Source of the DNA: Coriobacteriia bacterium
Lineage (GTDB): Bacteria; Actinomycetota; Coriobacteriia; Anaerosomatales; PHET01
Length of the DNA: 57,571 nt
Assembly: GCA_009779675.1 (NCBI GenBank)
Contig: WRDS01000001.1
Location: 1-57,571 of the forward strand
Direction of reading: 5' to 3'
A program made the position numbers and the translations under genes. Below the pieces are notes generated by a model. That model had not been told where the DNA came from, searched no databases, and saw only the letters and a list, made by a program, of their open reading frames with translations. Below, in pieces: positions 16,519 to 24,097 of this stretch (positions are counted from its first letter, which is position 1; each line of letters starts with the position of its first letter).

Positions 16519-17553
16519 ATGCATACGATCCCTTTCATCGATAACGATCCTCGTTTTTTCGAGGCACTGGCCCGCGTGGAGATCCTCTACACCGACCTCG
16601 ACGGCACACTGCTCGCCCCCGGCGGCTCCGTGCTCGCAGATGGGCTCGGCGCGCCGTCGGTATCGACCGCCGAGACGATCACGTCCCTTGCGCGCACCGG
16701 ACTCAAGGCCGTCCCCGTCTCAGGCAGGAGCAGGATACAGCTCGCCGAACTCACGCGGCTGCTCGGCTGGAGCGACTTCATCGCCGAGGCGGGAGCCGTC
16801 ATCGTGAGGCGTCCTCGGCCAGGTGCCCCCGCCGAAGTGGCCTACAACAACGGGGAGTGGCCGACAACGATGCCCGCGGCGACGGGCAACCCGACAGCCG
16901 CAACACCTGAGAACGCCCACCGGCAAAGCCCCGCCAGCGAGGCCCCGTACCAGGCCATCGCTCGCGCAGGGATCGCCGACGCTTTGATGGAGGCGTTCCC
17001 CGGGCGCATCGAGTACCACACGCCATGGGATACCGGCAACGGGTCCTCCCGCGAGTCGACCCACCTGCTCCGAGGGTTTTTGGACCTCGAGGCTGCCCGC
17101 ACCGTGCTCGATGCCTTTGACCCACCGACCGCCCTGCTCGATAACGGCCCTGTGCGCAACGCAGGCACGCTCGCCTGCGCCGAGGAAAGCGTCCCGACCG
17201 CCTATCATCTGGTGCCCCGAGGGGTGAGCAAGGCGCAGGCGATCGCCCTCGACCTAAAAGCCCGCGGGCTCGACCGCTCACAGGCGGCGGCCATCGGCGA
17301 CTCGGCGACAGACCTGGAGATGGCCGATGCAACCGGGGTGATGGTGCTCGTCGCAAACGCTTTTGCAGACCCCGGGGTCTGCGCAGCGCTCTCGCGCCCC
17401 ACAGGCGGCCTGGACACCCCGAGCGTCTCCTGCAACAACATCTGGCGCACCCACGGCCTACGCGGTGACGGGTGGAGCGAGTTCGTCCGAGCATGGCTCG
17501 CTATAGCCGAGCAAGGAAAGCCACCCGGCCACAGATCAGGCCGCGAGCCATAA
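16519..17553 (+). CDS. HAD-superfamily hydrolase (Cof/HAD-IIB-like)
   Basis: 'ILYTDLDGTLL' motif I and 'IGDSATDLEMA' motif IV. Start trimmed to ATG 16519 (the ORF opens at 16459). Confidence 0.7.
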   Translation: MHTIPFIDNDPRFFEALARVEILYTDLDGTLLAPGGSVLADGLGAPSVSTAETITSLARTGLKAVPVSGRSRIQLAELTRLLGWSDFIAEAGAVIVRRPRPGAPAEVAYNNGEWPTTMPAATGNPTAATPENAHRQSPASEAPYQAIARAGIADALMEAFPGRIEYHTPWDTGNGSSRESTHLLRGFLDLEAARTVLDAFDPPTALLDNGPVRNAGTLACAEESVPTAYHLVPRGVSKAQAIALDLKARGLDRSQAAAIGDSATDLEMADATGVMVLVANAFADPGVCAALSRPTGGLDTPSVSCNNIWRTHGLRGDGWSEFVRAWLAIAEQGKPPGHRSGREP

Positions 17554-17572
17554 GACAGCCACCGGACACATT

Positions 17573-18283
17573 ATGGACACCCCCTCTGACATCGCCGCCG
17601 AGAAAAGCGCCCTGCGCGCCCGTATGCGCCTTGCTCGGCGTGCCATCGACCCGTCCGTGCGCGCTGCGCTCTCCTCCGCTGCCGCCGAACAGCTGCTGGC
17701 TTTGCCTGAGATCGCGTCGGTGGCCGCATCGGCAGAGGCCGCGGCGGCGGCCATGTCGGCGGCCATGTCGACGACCGCATCAACAGGGGTAGTGCTCGCA
17801 TACTCTGCGACCGCCGAGGAGCTCGACCCCGCACCCGCGCTGGAGGTTTTGCGCGCACGCGGCGTGCAGGTCGCTTTACCCCGCGTTGTTGCCGCGCCGG
17901 TAGCGCCCACAGGTGGCAAGCGCCACGGCCACGGACACGGCCTGCTCACTTTACACCTTGTCGCTGACCCTGCGACCCTTCTTGCAGGGCACATAGGGAT
18001 ATTGGAGCCCCCAAAGGATGCCCCTCGCGTAGAGCCTGTGGGCATAGACGCGATCATCGTCCCGGGAGTGGCCTTTGACGCACAAGGACACCGCCTCGGC
18101 CAGGGGGGCGGTTATTACGACAGGCTGCTGCCAGCGGTCAGAAGCGACTGCCTGCTCATCGGCTATGCCTTTGACGAGCAGCTTGTACCGGAGATCCCCT
18201 GTGAGACCCACGATATGCGCGTCGATGTGGTTATTACGCCATCGCAAGCGATCCGAACCGCAGGGCGGATCGAGCGCGTTTAA
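17573..18283 (+). CDS. 5-formyltetrahydrofolate cyclo-ligase
   Basis: 'KSALRARMRLARRAI' N-terminus, 'IIVPGVAFD..G.RLGQGGGYYDRLL' and 'IGYAFDEQ' family motifs. Confidence 0.8.
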   Translation: MDTPSDIAAEKSALRARMRLARRAIDPSVRAALSSAAAEQLLALPEIASVAASAEAAAAAMSAAMSTTASTGVVLAYSATAEELDPAPALEVLRARGVQVALPRVVAAPVAPTGGKRHGHGHGLLTLHLVADPATLLAGHIGILEPPKDAPRVEPVGIDAIIVPGVAFDAQGHRLGQGGGYYDRLLPAVRSDCLLIGYAFDEQLVPEIPCETHDMRVDVVITPSQAIRTAGRIERV

Positions 18284-18311
18284 CGGTACCGCCAAGATAC
18301 TGCTAAAACAA

Positions 18312-18357
18312 CTGAATCTAATAGATTTCATAGACCTATGAAATCTATTAGATTCAG
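18312..18357. terminator. AT-rich perfect 22-bp inverted repeat between convergent genes, probable terminator for the minus-strand operon
   Basis: CTGAATCTAATAGATTTCATAG-AC-CTATGAAATCTATTAGATTCAG, verified as an exact reverse complement. On the minus strand it is followed by TTGTTTTAG. It lies 29 nt after the plus-strand stop and 63 nt after the minus-strand stop. Confidence 0.5.
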
Positions 18358-18419
18358 AAGCCCAGCGATGCCGTGCGAGAGCCCTGGCCCCTGCCCTTGC
18401 CCTGACCCTGACCCTGCCG

Positions 18420-18986
18420 CTACTGCGAGATCGCCGCCAGTCTCCCCCGTGAGATCTCAACAAGCATGGGCACCCCTATGCGCACCATCGACGACGGCGT
18501 CCCCGCAGCCGGATAGACCACGTCGAAGCACTCGAAGGAGTCGTCCACGAGCACAGGGATCCCTTCGGGCAGGTCGAACGGCGAGACCCCGCCGATCGCA
18601 TATCCCGTGACCTCTCGGACTGTGTCTGCGTCGGCCATTTTCGCCGAGGAGCCGCCAACCGCCGCCGCAATCGCGCTAAAATCGCCTCTTCGGTCGCCCG
18701 CCACAAGCGCAAGCACGGCCTTGTCGTCGTCCACAGTCACGACCAGGGACTTCACGATCTGGCCAAGCTCACAGCCCACTGCCTCGGCAGCCATCACCGC
18801 CGTCTTGGTGGACTGCTCGAACTCAAAGAACCCCTCGGCAAGCCCGTGGCGCTCAAGGAATGACCGGACCCGCTCACGCGAACCTGCCTTCTTCGGGATC
18901 TTGCGCTCGCCCGGGTCTGCTCCCTTCGGGATCTTGCATCCGCACGGATCTGCCTTTCCCAAAGCCTCATTCATGCGCCTTCTCAT
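18420..18986 (-). CDS. ybaK: YbaK/EbsC-family aminoacyl-tRNA deacylase
   Basis: 'VRSFLERHGL..FEFEQSTKTAVMAAEAVGCELGQIVKSLVV..GYAIGGVSPF' is typical of the YbaK/ProX editing domain. ATGA overlap with the upstream GNAT gene. The N-terminal 35 aa is an internally repeated extension ('KIPKGADPGERKIPKKAGS'). Confidence 0.75.
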   Translation of the reverse strand: MRRRMNEALGKADPCGCKIPKGADPGERKIPKKAGSRERVRSFLERHGLAEGFFEFEQSTKTAVMAAEAVGCELGQIVKSLVVTVDDDKAVLALVAGDRRGDFSAIAAAVGGSSAKMADADTVREVTGYAIGGVSPFDLPEGIPVLVDDSFECFDVVYPAAGTPSSMVRIGVPMLVEISRGRLAAISQ

Positions 18987-19624
18987 CCATCCTTAAGTCC
19001 TGGCACCGGGACACGCCCCGGCATGCGAAGGGGGAGCTTGAGCGATTCAAGCACTGCCTCAAGGTTCTCGGTTAAAAGCACGAGCGAACGCAGCTCCAGC
19101 TGCAGGAGCGGGTAGACCGGGTCAGGACGCGAGACCGTGAACCCGTTGCGCAGCAAGAACTCGATACCCGGCATCGGGGCATCCTCCCAGCTTGGCGGGC
19201 GCTTGGCAAGCGCAAAGCACTCGACTGTGCGCTCGCCGCGGATTGCCAGGTCACGCAGCGCGGCTCGGAGGAGCACCGTCGCAAGCCCCGTCTGCCGCGC
19301 ATACGGCTCTATATGCAAGCAGGTGATGAGCGGCGTCGACGGCTTTTTTGGTGCCGAGCCAAACGTCTGCGACTGGGGAAAGAAGCTGGACGGCGCGTAT
19401 TTGATGCAACCGATGGCAACGTCGTCCTCGTCGAACGCGACCTTACCGCAATCGCCCCACTCCTGCGCAACGCCATGGTGCCATGCGCGCTGCCCCTCGG
19501 TGTCAAGCACCGCCGCACAGAGGCGCTCCTGCCGCTTGGGACTCTCCCAGAACATGCAACCGCAGCAGCTGCCAGGCAGGCGCTCATGGTCTTGCGCGGT
19601 GAGGGCGCGCAGCCTACGAGACAC
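18983..19624 (-). CDS. GNAT-family N-acetyltransferase
   Basis: The core 'ITCLHIEPYARQTGLATVLLRAALRDL' resembles the acetyl-CoA binding motif A (Q/RxxGxG/A). Cys-rich N-terminus 'GSCCGCMFWE'. Confidence 0.6.
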   Translation of the reverse strand: MSRRLRALTAQDHERLPGSCCGCMFWESPKRQERLCAAVLDTEGQRAWHHGVAQEWGDCGKVAFDEDDVAIGCIKYAPSSFFPQSQTFGSAPKKPSTPLITCLHIEPYARQTGLATVLLRAALRDLAIRGERTVECFALAKRPPSWEDAPMPGIEFLLRNGFTVSRPDPVYPLLQLELRSLVLLTENLEAVLESLKLPLRMPGRVPVPGLKDG

Positions 19625-19696
19625 TCTGGGCCTTCGTCACTTGGCTCCGCGCCATTTGGACTCGCGTCGCCTGGCCTCCCCGTGTCGCCTGGACCC

Positions 19697-20512
19697 TCAT
19701 CGCTTATCCGGATCGCTCATCGCATTCGCTGCAGCGTTTTTAACCAACTTGAACCAGCCGGCAGCGTTCTTCCCTGCTCGGCTTTCCTTGACGACTTTTG
19801 CCGCCGCCTTGCCATACAGGCTTACATTCCGTGCGTTCTCATCCTGGGTCTGCCGCAAGACCTTGCCTGCCGCCTTGCCGTACACGCTTGCGCTCTGCGC
19901 GGCTTGTTGCGCCTTGTGCTTGGCGATCGCAGTGTTGCGGCCGGCCGCCTCCGCCGCACCGCCACTCAACCGGGCTTGCACGATCGAGTCATCCATCACA
20001 ACAAACCCGCCGCTGTAACCATGGGCAAGCGCGCCGCGGACGGTCTTTTTCCCAAGGGCGATATTGTCAGCCGTGCTCCCGCCGAGCTGAAGCGAGAGCA
20101 GCTGCCCGGTAGCCGGGTCAAACTCGGCATCGTACACCCGGCCGACTTTCTTCCCGCTCTGGGTACGCGCCGGCATCTCTGCCCAGATCACACTGAGATC
20201 CCAATCGATCCCTAAGCGCTCGGCTGCAACGCGCTCATGGGCCTCTTTGGCCTTGGTGCAGGTTATGTGCACCTTGCTGTCACGCATCTCGGTACGATCC
20301 AGCGCAAGATGCCGGTCTGCGCGGTCGATCAAGAACAGGAACCGCCGCCGACCGACCAGGTAGCCCACGACGACCGGCCGCTCGGGATGGAACAACGCCT
20401 CCCGGATGCGCCCGTAATACCTGCCTTTTGCGGTGTACACCGGCGTGCGGTACACGCCCCGCAAAGAAGCTGCCAAGCTGACACCTCCCATACGAGAGCC
20501 GGCCCCGCGCAC
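19697..20512 (-). CDS. PRC-barrel domain protein (two PRC-like halves) with Lys/Ala-rich tail
   Basis: 'VYTAKGRYYGRIREALFHPERPVVVGYLV' and 'QSGKKVGRVYDAEFDPATGQLLSL' are PRC-barrel-like. Confidence 0.55.
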   Translation of the reverse strand: MRGAGSRMGGVSLAASLRGVYRTPVYTAKGRYYGRIREALFHPERPVVVGYLVGRRRFLFLIDRADRHLALDRTEMRDSKVHITCTKAKEAHERVAAERLGIDWDLSVIWAEMPARTQSGKKVGRVYDAEFDPATGQLLSLQLGGSTADNIALGKKTVRGALAHGYSGGFVVMDDSIVQARLSGGAAEAAGRNTAIAKHKAQQAAQSASVYGKAAGKVLRQTQDENARNVSLYGKAAAKVVKESRAGKNAAGWFKLVKNAAANAMSDPDKR

Positions 20513-20562
20513 GGAAACCGGCCCTGTTGTCGGCTCGCTGATACCTGATACGACTACCAGCG

Positions 20563-20637
20563 CTACGCCAGCGCGGTCTACGCCAGCACAACCTGCCCCA
20601 GCACAGACTACCCCAGCGCAACCTATGCCAGCGCGGC
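20563..20637. repeat. Five tandem 15-bp repeats (CTRYSCCAGCRCRRN) in an intergenic region
   Basis: ctacgccagcgcggt / ctacgccagcacaac / ctgccccagcacaga / ctaccccagcgcaac / ctatgccagcgcggc, between the YtxH stop (20642) and the PRC-barrel start (20512). Confidence 0.8.
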
Positions 20638-20641
20638 CTGT

Positions 20642-21112
20642 CTATATCTCCGGGATCGCGTCCTGCTCAAGATCGCCTGAACCGGCTGCCGAGACATCGA
20701 CCGGACGAACCCGCTGTGAGACGACATCGAGCGTCTCCTGCGCCTTGTGGCCGGCGGTCTCAATGCCGCCCTTGGTCATCTCGGCAGCACGCTCGACCGC
20801 TGACTGCGCAACCGGGACAACATCGGCAACCCGACTCTTGGCGGTCTCGCTCGTCTTTATCACCTGCTCCTGGAGCCTCTCGCGGGCCTGATCGATCTTG
20901 ACGCGGATCTGACTGCTCTGACCCACTATGCGCTCGGCACCGGTGTTGTAGAACTCGACCCCCTCGCCCCAATACTCTTCGGCCTTCTGCGCAATCACCT
21001 CACGCGTCTCCCGACCGGATCGGGGAGCAAAGAGCAGGCCGAGCACTGCGCCGACCAGCCCACCCAGAAGAAACGCTCCAAAGATTGAGCCTCCGCGACG
21101 ATATTCGTACAT
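20642..21112 (-). CDS. YtxH-domain general stress protein
   Basis: 'FGAFLLGGLVGAVLGLLFAPRSGRETRE' YtxH signature. Start trimmed to ATG 21112, 9 nt after GGAGG. Confidence 0.75.
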   Translation of the reverse strand: MYEYRRGGSIFGAFLLGGLVGAVLGLLFAPRSGRETREVIAQKAEEYWGEGVEFYNTGAERIVGQSSQIRVKIDQARERLQEQVIKTSETAKSRVADVVPVAQSAVERAAEMTKGGIETAGHKAQETLDVVSQRVRPVDVSAAGSGDLEQDAIPEI

Positions 21113-21366
21113 GGGCAACACCTCCATTGGCCTTATTGCGTGAGCTGATCAGTCAGGTCGCTTCTTGCGCTGCTTCTCACGCTGCTGGTTTCGCTCACTC
21201 GGTTTCTCGCACGCATAATGTACCCTATCAACCCCGATGGGTGCATTTCGCGCCATTGCCACGCCATTGTCGAATACTACACCTTCACGTCCGCCGCCTC
21301 ACGTCCATCGCTTGCCCCACGCCTGGCACATCCACGCCCGTGCGCCTACAGCCCGTGCGCCGAGCC

Positions 21367-21915
21367 TCACGCCCGTCGCCTCATCTTTGCCAGCCTGTCG
21401 GTTATCGCCCCTACATCCGGCTCCCCATCACGCATGCCGAGAAGCCAGTCCAGCACCGTATTCGCCTCTTTAAGCGCCCGCAGTGCAACCACATCGTCAT
21501 CACACGCCACCCACACACGAAAGACCCTCCGCCCATCGTGCGCGAAATCCCAGGCGGTGTGCGCCGGAAGCGAACGCGGCGAGCCCGCAAGTGCCAGCAG
21601 CTCGATCGTGAGATGCTCCAGCAGATGCGGGATCTCTGTGTCACGCAGCTCCTCGGCAAAACAGCAACTGGCACCAGCATCACGACGATGCCGACTCAGA
21701 CAACGATGCCGGCCTAGGCCAGGAAGCAGCTGCAACGCCCTCTCGGCAAGCCCGCTTATAGCCGAGGTACGTACGGGCACGCCCTCGGCAATCCGCACCT
21801 TTGCCTCAATGCAGGCCTCAGACACATCGATCGACTCGATGCCTAAACCGCTCATCAAGCACCTGTTGCCCGTCAGCATCGACCGCTCGCAGGCAGAACC
21901 TGACCGCTCACGCAC
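21367..21915 (-). CDS. Hypothetical protein resembling the N-terminal domain of cyanophycin synthetase
   Basis: 'LLPGLGRHRC..CCFAEELRDTEIPHLLEHLTIELLALAG' resembles the 'LPGLxxHxCS..GGF..RLxEGT..HxxEHVALELQxLAG' block I recall from the CphA N-domain. Start is uncertain (21915, 21879 or 21855). Confidence 0.35.
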   Translation of the reverse strand: MRERSGSACERSMLTGNRCLMSGLGIESIDVSEACIEAKVRIAEGVPVRTSAISGLAERALQLLPGLGRHRCLSRHRRDAGASCCFAEELRDTEIPHLLEHLTIELLALAGSPRSLPAHTAWDFAHDGRRVFRVWVACDDDVVALRALKEANTVLDWLLGMRDGEPDVGAITDRLAKMRRRA

Positions 21916-21996
21916 CAGCCACCGACTGCCCGCGCAGAAGCGCCGCGAGCCGCGTATCCGCTGTGCACCTGCGGCATACCAGCGGCGTGCCCGGCT

Positions 21997-22293
21997 TTAT
22001 AGGATCCGGGCCGCCCGTGCCGCCGCCAACCGGCTGCCCAGGAAGAACGCGAACGATGCCGCAAGAACCACGATGCCCACAACGATCGCGAGCGTCTGCC
22101 CCTCTTTCGATTGCACGACAGTATCAGTGGCATCCCTGACCTCTCGGATAGCTTGGGATTTGACCGCCTCGGCCTTGTGGCGGATCTCATCGAGCGATAC
22201 ACGTCTGTCCGGCGTGTTGTCGGCAGGCGTATTGCCAGACGTGTTACCGACAGACGCACTACCGACAGACGCACTACCAGCGGGCGATGTCAT
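21997..22293 (-). CDS. Small C-terminally membrane-anchored protein (DUF3618-like?)
   Basis: Start trimmed to ATG 22293 (ATGA overlap with the upstream gene). Ser/Gly/Thr-rich N-terminus, amphipathic 'SLDEIRHKAEAVKSQAIREVRD', and one TM 'LAIVVGIVVLAASFAFFLG'. Confidence 0.5.
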   Translation of the reverse strand: MTSPAGSASVGSASVGNTSGNTPADNTPDRRVSLDEIRHKAEAVKSQAIREVRDATDTVVQSKEGQTLAIVVGIVVLAASFAFFLGSRLAAARAARIL

Positions 22294-22673
22294 TTCTGCA
22301 CGCTCCTCAAACGAATGACGGCAATGATCACGGATACGAGGATGAGCACACCCCCGACGGCAAACAGGGCATAGGGCCAGCCGATCCATTGGGCAAGCAG
22401 GATCAGCGCCCCCGCAGACAGGAACACGATGCCCAAAACAACCGTGGTCGCGATTGCCAGGGCGAGGGCGACTGTGGCACCGGCCGTCTGCAGCGGGATG
22501 ACCGCCTTGTCGTGCACCAGGTCGCCGACTTCCTGCCGAGCATAGGTGACCGCCGTCTCAACAAGATCGACCGCTGCGTCAATAACGTTGGGCGACGAGC
22601 CCGCTGTTTCCTGCGGATCTGTCGCCTTTTCGTCGTCGCATGTGCCCGAAGGCATCGGGCGGGCTTTTGGCAT
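22290..22673 (-). CDS. Actinobacterial holin-X / 'phage holin family' membrane protein (DUF1469-like)
   Basis: Start at ATG 22673, preceded by AAGGAGGAG. Two TM helices 'ATVALALAIATTVVLGIVFLSAGALILL' and 'WPYALFAVGGVLILVSVIIAVI'. Confidence 0.6.
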   Translation of the reverse strand: MPKARPMPSGTCDDEKATDPQETAGSSPNVIDAAVDLVETAVTYARQEVGDLVHDKAVIPLQTAGATVALALAIATTVVLGIVFLSAGALILLAQWIGWPYALFAVGGVLILVSVIIAVIRLRSVQK

Positions 22674-22905
22674 CTGGCTCCTCCTTTGGGTGAAGCCCGA
22701 ACACTCACTCGTATAAAGGTACCGCAAGCAGGTGCCCTATGGCGAGAATCTGCCCATCTTTAGTGAATTTGCCCCAAAAATAGGGTGCCGCGCCTGCTTT
22801 CATTTTCAGCTGTGCCGCAAAAGAATAGGGGTACCGTGCGTGCTTTCGTTCTCGGCTGCCTCAGGCAGCCATGGGATGTTCAGCGGGCGATGCAACGCCC
22901 CGCTT

Positions 22906-23664
22906 TTAACGGACTATACGGTATTCCACTGTATCGACACCGGAAAACCCGAGTGCCTGGGCTGTTCCCGGCCCGAGATCAAAGACCCGGTTGCGCACAT
23001 ACGGGCCGCGATCCTGGACAACGGCGATCACGGTGTGCCCGTTATACGAGAACTCGATTTTCGTGCCAAACGGAAGTGAACGATGCGCGACTACCATAGA
23101 ATCGGGGGCCAGTCTGCCTCCGCCAGCCATGGTGTTCCCATAAAGGCCAGGCCCATACCATGAGACCCGTGCTGTCTTCCATTCGCCCGAGGGATCGGCA
23201 ACCTTTGGCTTACCCTTCTGCGCAGCAGGGGCATCCGCCTTTTTCGTGATGCCCATCACACTCGGTTGCGATGCTTGTGCCGAGCCGGTCGGTGCCTCCG
23301 ACGGTGCGAAAGCCTCGGCTCCCTCCTCGGCTTTCCGCTTTGCCTTGTGTGTGAAAACTCCTTCGTCTGCAACAACAGCGTCTAAGAGCATCCGTTCGAA
23401 CTTGTCGCTCCCATCACGCGGGGCGGGAAGCTCGATGGTGCTCTCCTCGCTTACCCCCAGCTCCTTGGCACCGGCGCGTGCCGATGAGGCAAAAGCGGTC
23501 CCGGAAAGAGAGGCCGCGAGGGCGAGGGCGACCGCAAGGGCGACCGCGAGCGCCCCTGCCATCGCAGCCATTCGGTTCCTCGCACTTCGCGGGTGGGCAT
23601 CGGCATCAGCAGCCTTGGCGGCCTGATGCACGGTACTGCCTGTACTCAAAACAAACCTCCACAC
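22906..23664 (-). CDS. Secreted RlpA-like double-psi beta-barrel (DPBB) cell-wall protein
   Basis: 'ARVSWYGPGLYGNTMAGGG..VAHRSLPFGTKIEFSYNGHTVIAVVQDRGPYVRNRVFDLGPGTAQALG' matches the RlpA/DPBB core. Signal-like 'MAGALAVALAVALALAASLSGTAFA'. Start is uncertain (GTG 23664, or TTG 23649 lying 5 nt after GGAGG). Confidence 0.8.
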   Translation of the reverse strand: MWRFVLSTGSTVHQAAKAADADAHPRSARNRMAAMAGALAVALAVALALAASLSGTAFASSARAGAKELGVSEESTIELPAPRDGSDKFERMLLDAVVADEGVFTHKAKRKAEEGAEAFAPSEAPTGSAQASQPSVMGITKKADAPAAQKGKPKVADPSGEWKTARVSWYGPGLYGNTMAGGGRLAPDSMVVAHRSLPFGTKIEFSYNGHTVIAVVQDRGPYVRNRVFDLGPGTAQALGFSGVDTVEYRIVR

Positions 23665-23859
23665 TCGGGGACATTACAGACGACAGCCCAAGCGGACAGC
23701 CCGAATGCGCAGGAAAAGATGGGTAAAGCAGACAGCAGGATAGGATGGAGGAGGACGAGCCGTCTCGCATTCGGCACAAACGGCCTACAAGCCGTCGTCT
23801 CTTGCCGAGAAGCGCTATGCTCTTGGCGATGAACCTGATGGTGCTCGGTCGAACTCCAT

Positions 23860-23960
23860 CCGCTATTGGCGGTAGCCGTCTGGCCGATCCGATCGGTCTG
23901 GTTGTTCCCGGTATCTGTCGCGCAGGTTCCTCGACCGTCCCAATCGTATTCCGGCCGAAC
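23860..23960 (-). ncRNA. Candidate c-di-AMP (ydaO-class) riboswitch-like element in the RlpA-like gene leader
   Basis: The minus-strand leader contains 'GCCGGAAUACGAUUGGGACGGUCGAGGAACC' and 'CCGAUCGGAUCGGCCAGACGGCUACCGCCAAUAGCGG'. These resemble the remembered ydaO blocks 'GCCGAAUCC..ACGGAGGAACC' and 'CCCGACAGCUAACUCCG..GCAAU'. The middle blocks are not convincing and no covariance model was run. Confidence 0.3.
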
Positions 23961-24097
23961 GCACAGATCCGCTTACCATGTTCCGGTCAATAGTAGCACG
24001 ATTGTTTACATCCCGTCACTGTGGGGGGGCTGACTGTCGGGTCAAGCCACTCAGGCCAAGATGTAGGCACAAGCGCCAAACAAAACACGGGCAGGGA

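Noticed and set aside
20563-20637. CRISPR arrays (also considered for 27713..27805 and 36208..36246).
   Set aside because: The repeats are contiguous with no unique spacers, the units are only 13-31 bp and degenerate, and no cas genes are present.
22290-22673. 'Phage holin family' protein as evidence for a prophage or lysis cassette.
   Set aside because: No endolysin, capsid, tail, terminase or integrase genes are nearby. This holin-X family is a common chromosomal actinobacterial membrane protein found together with YtxH/DUF3618-type genes.
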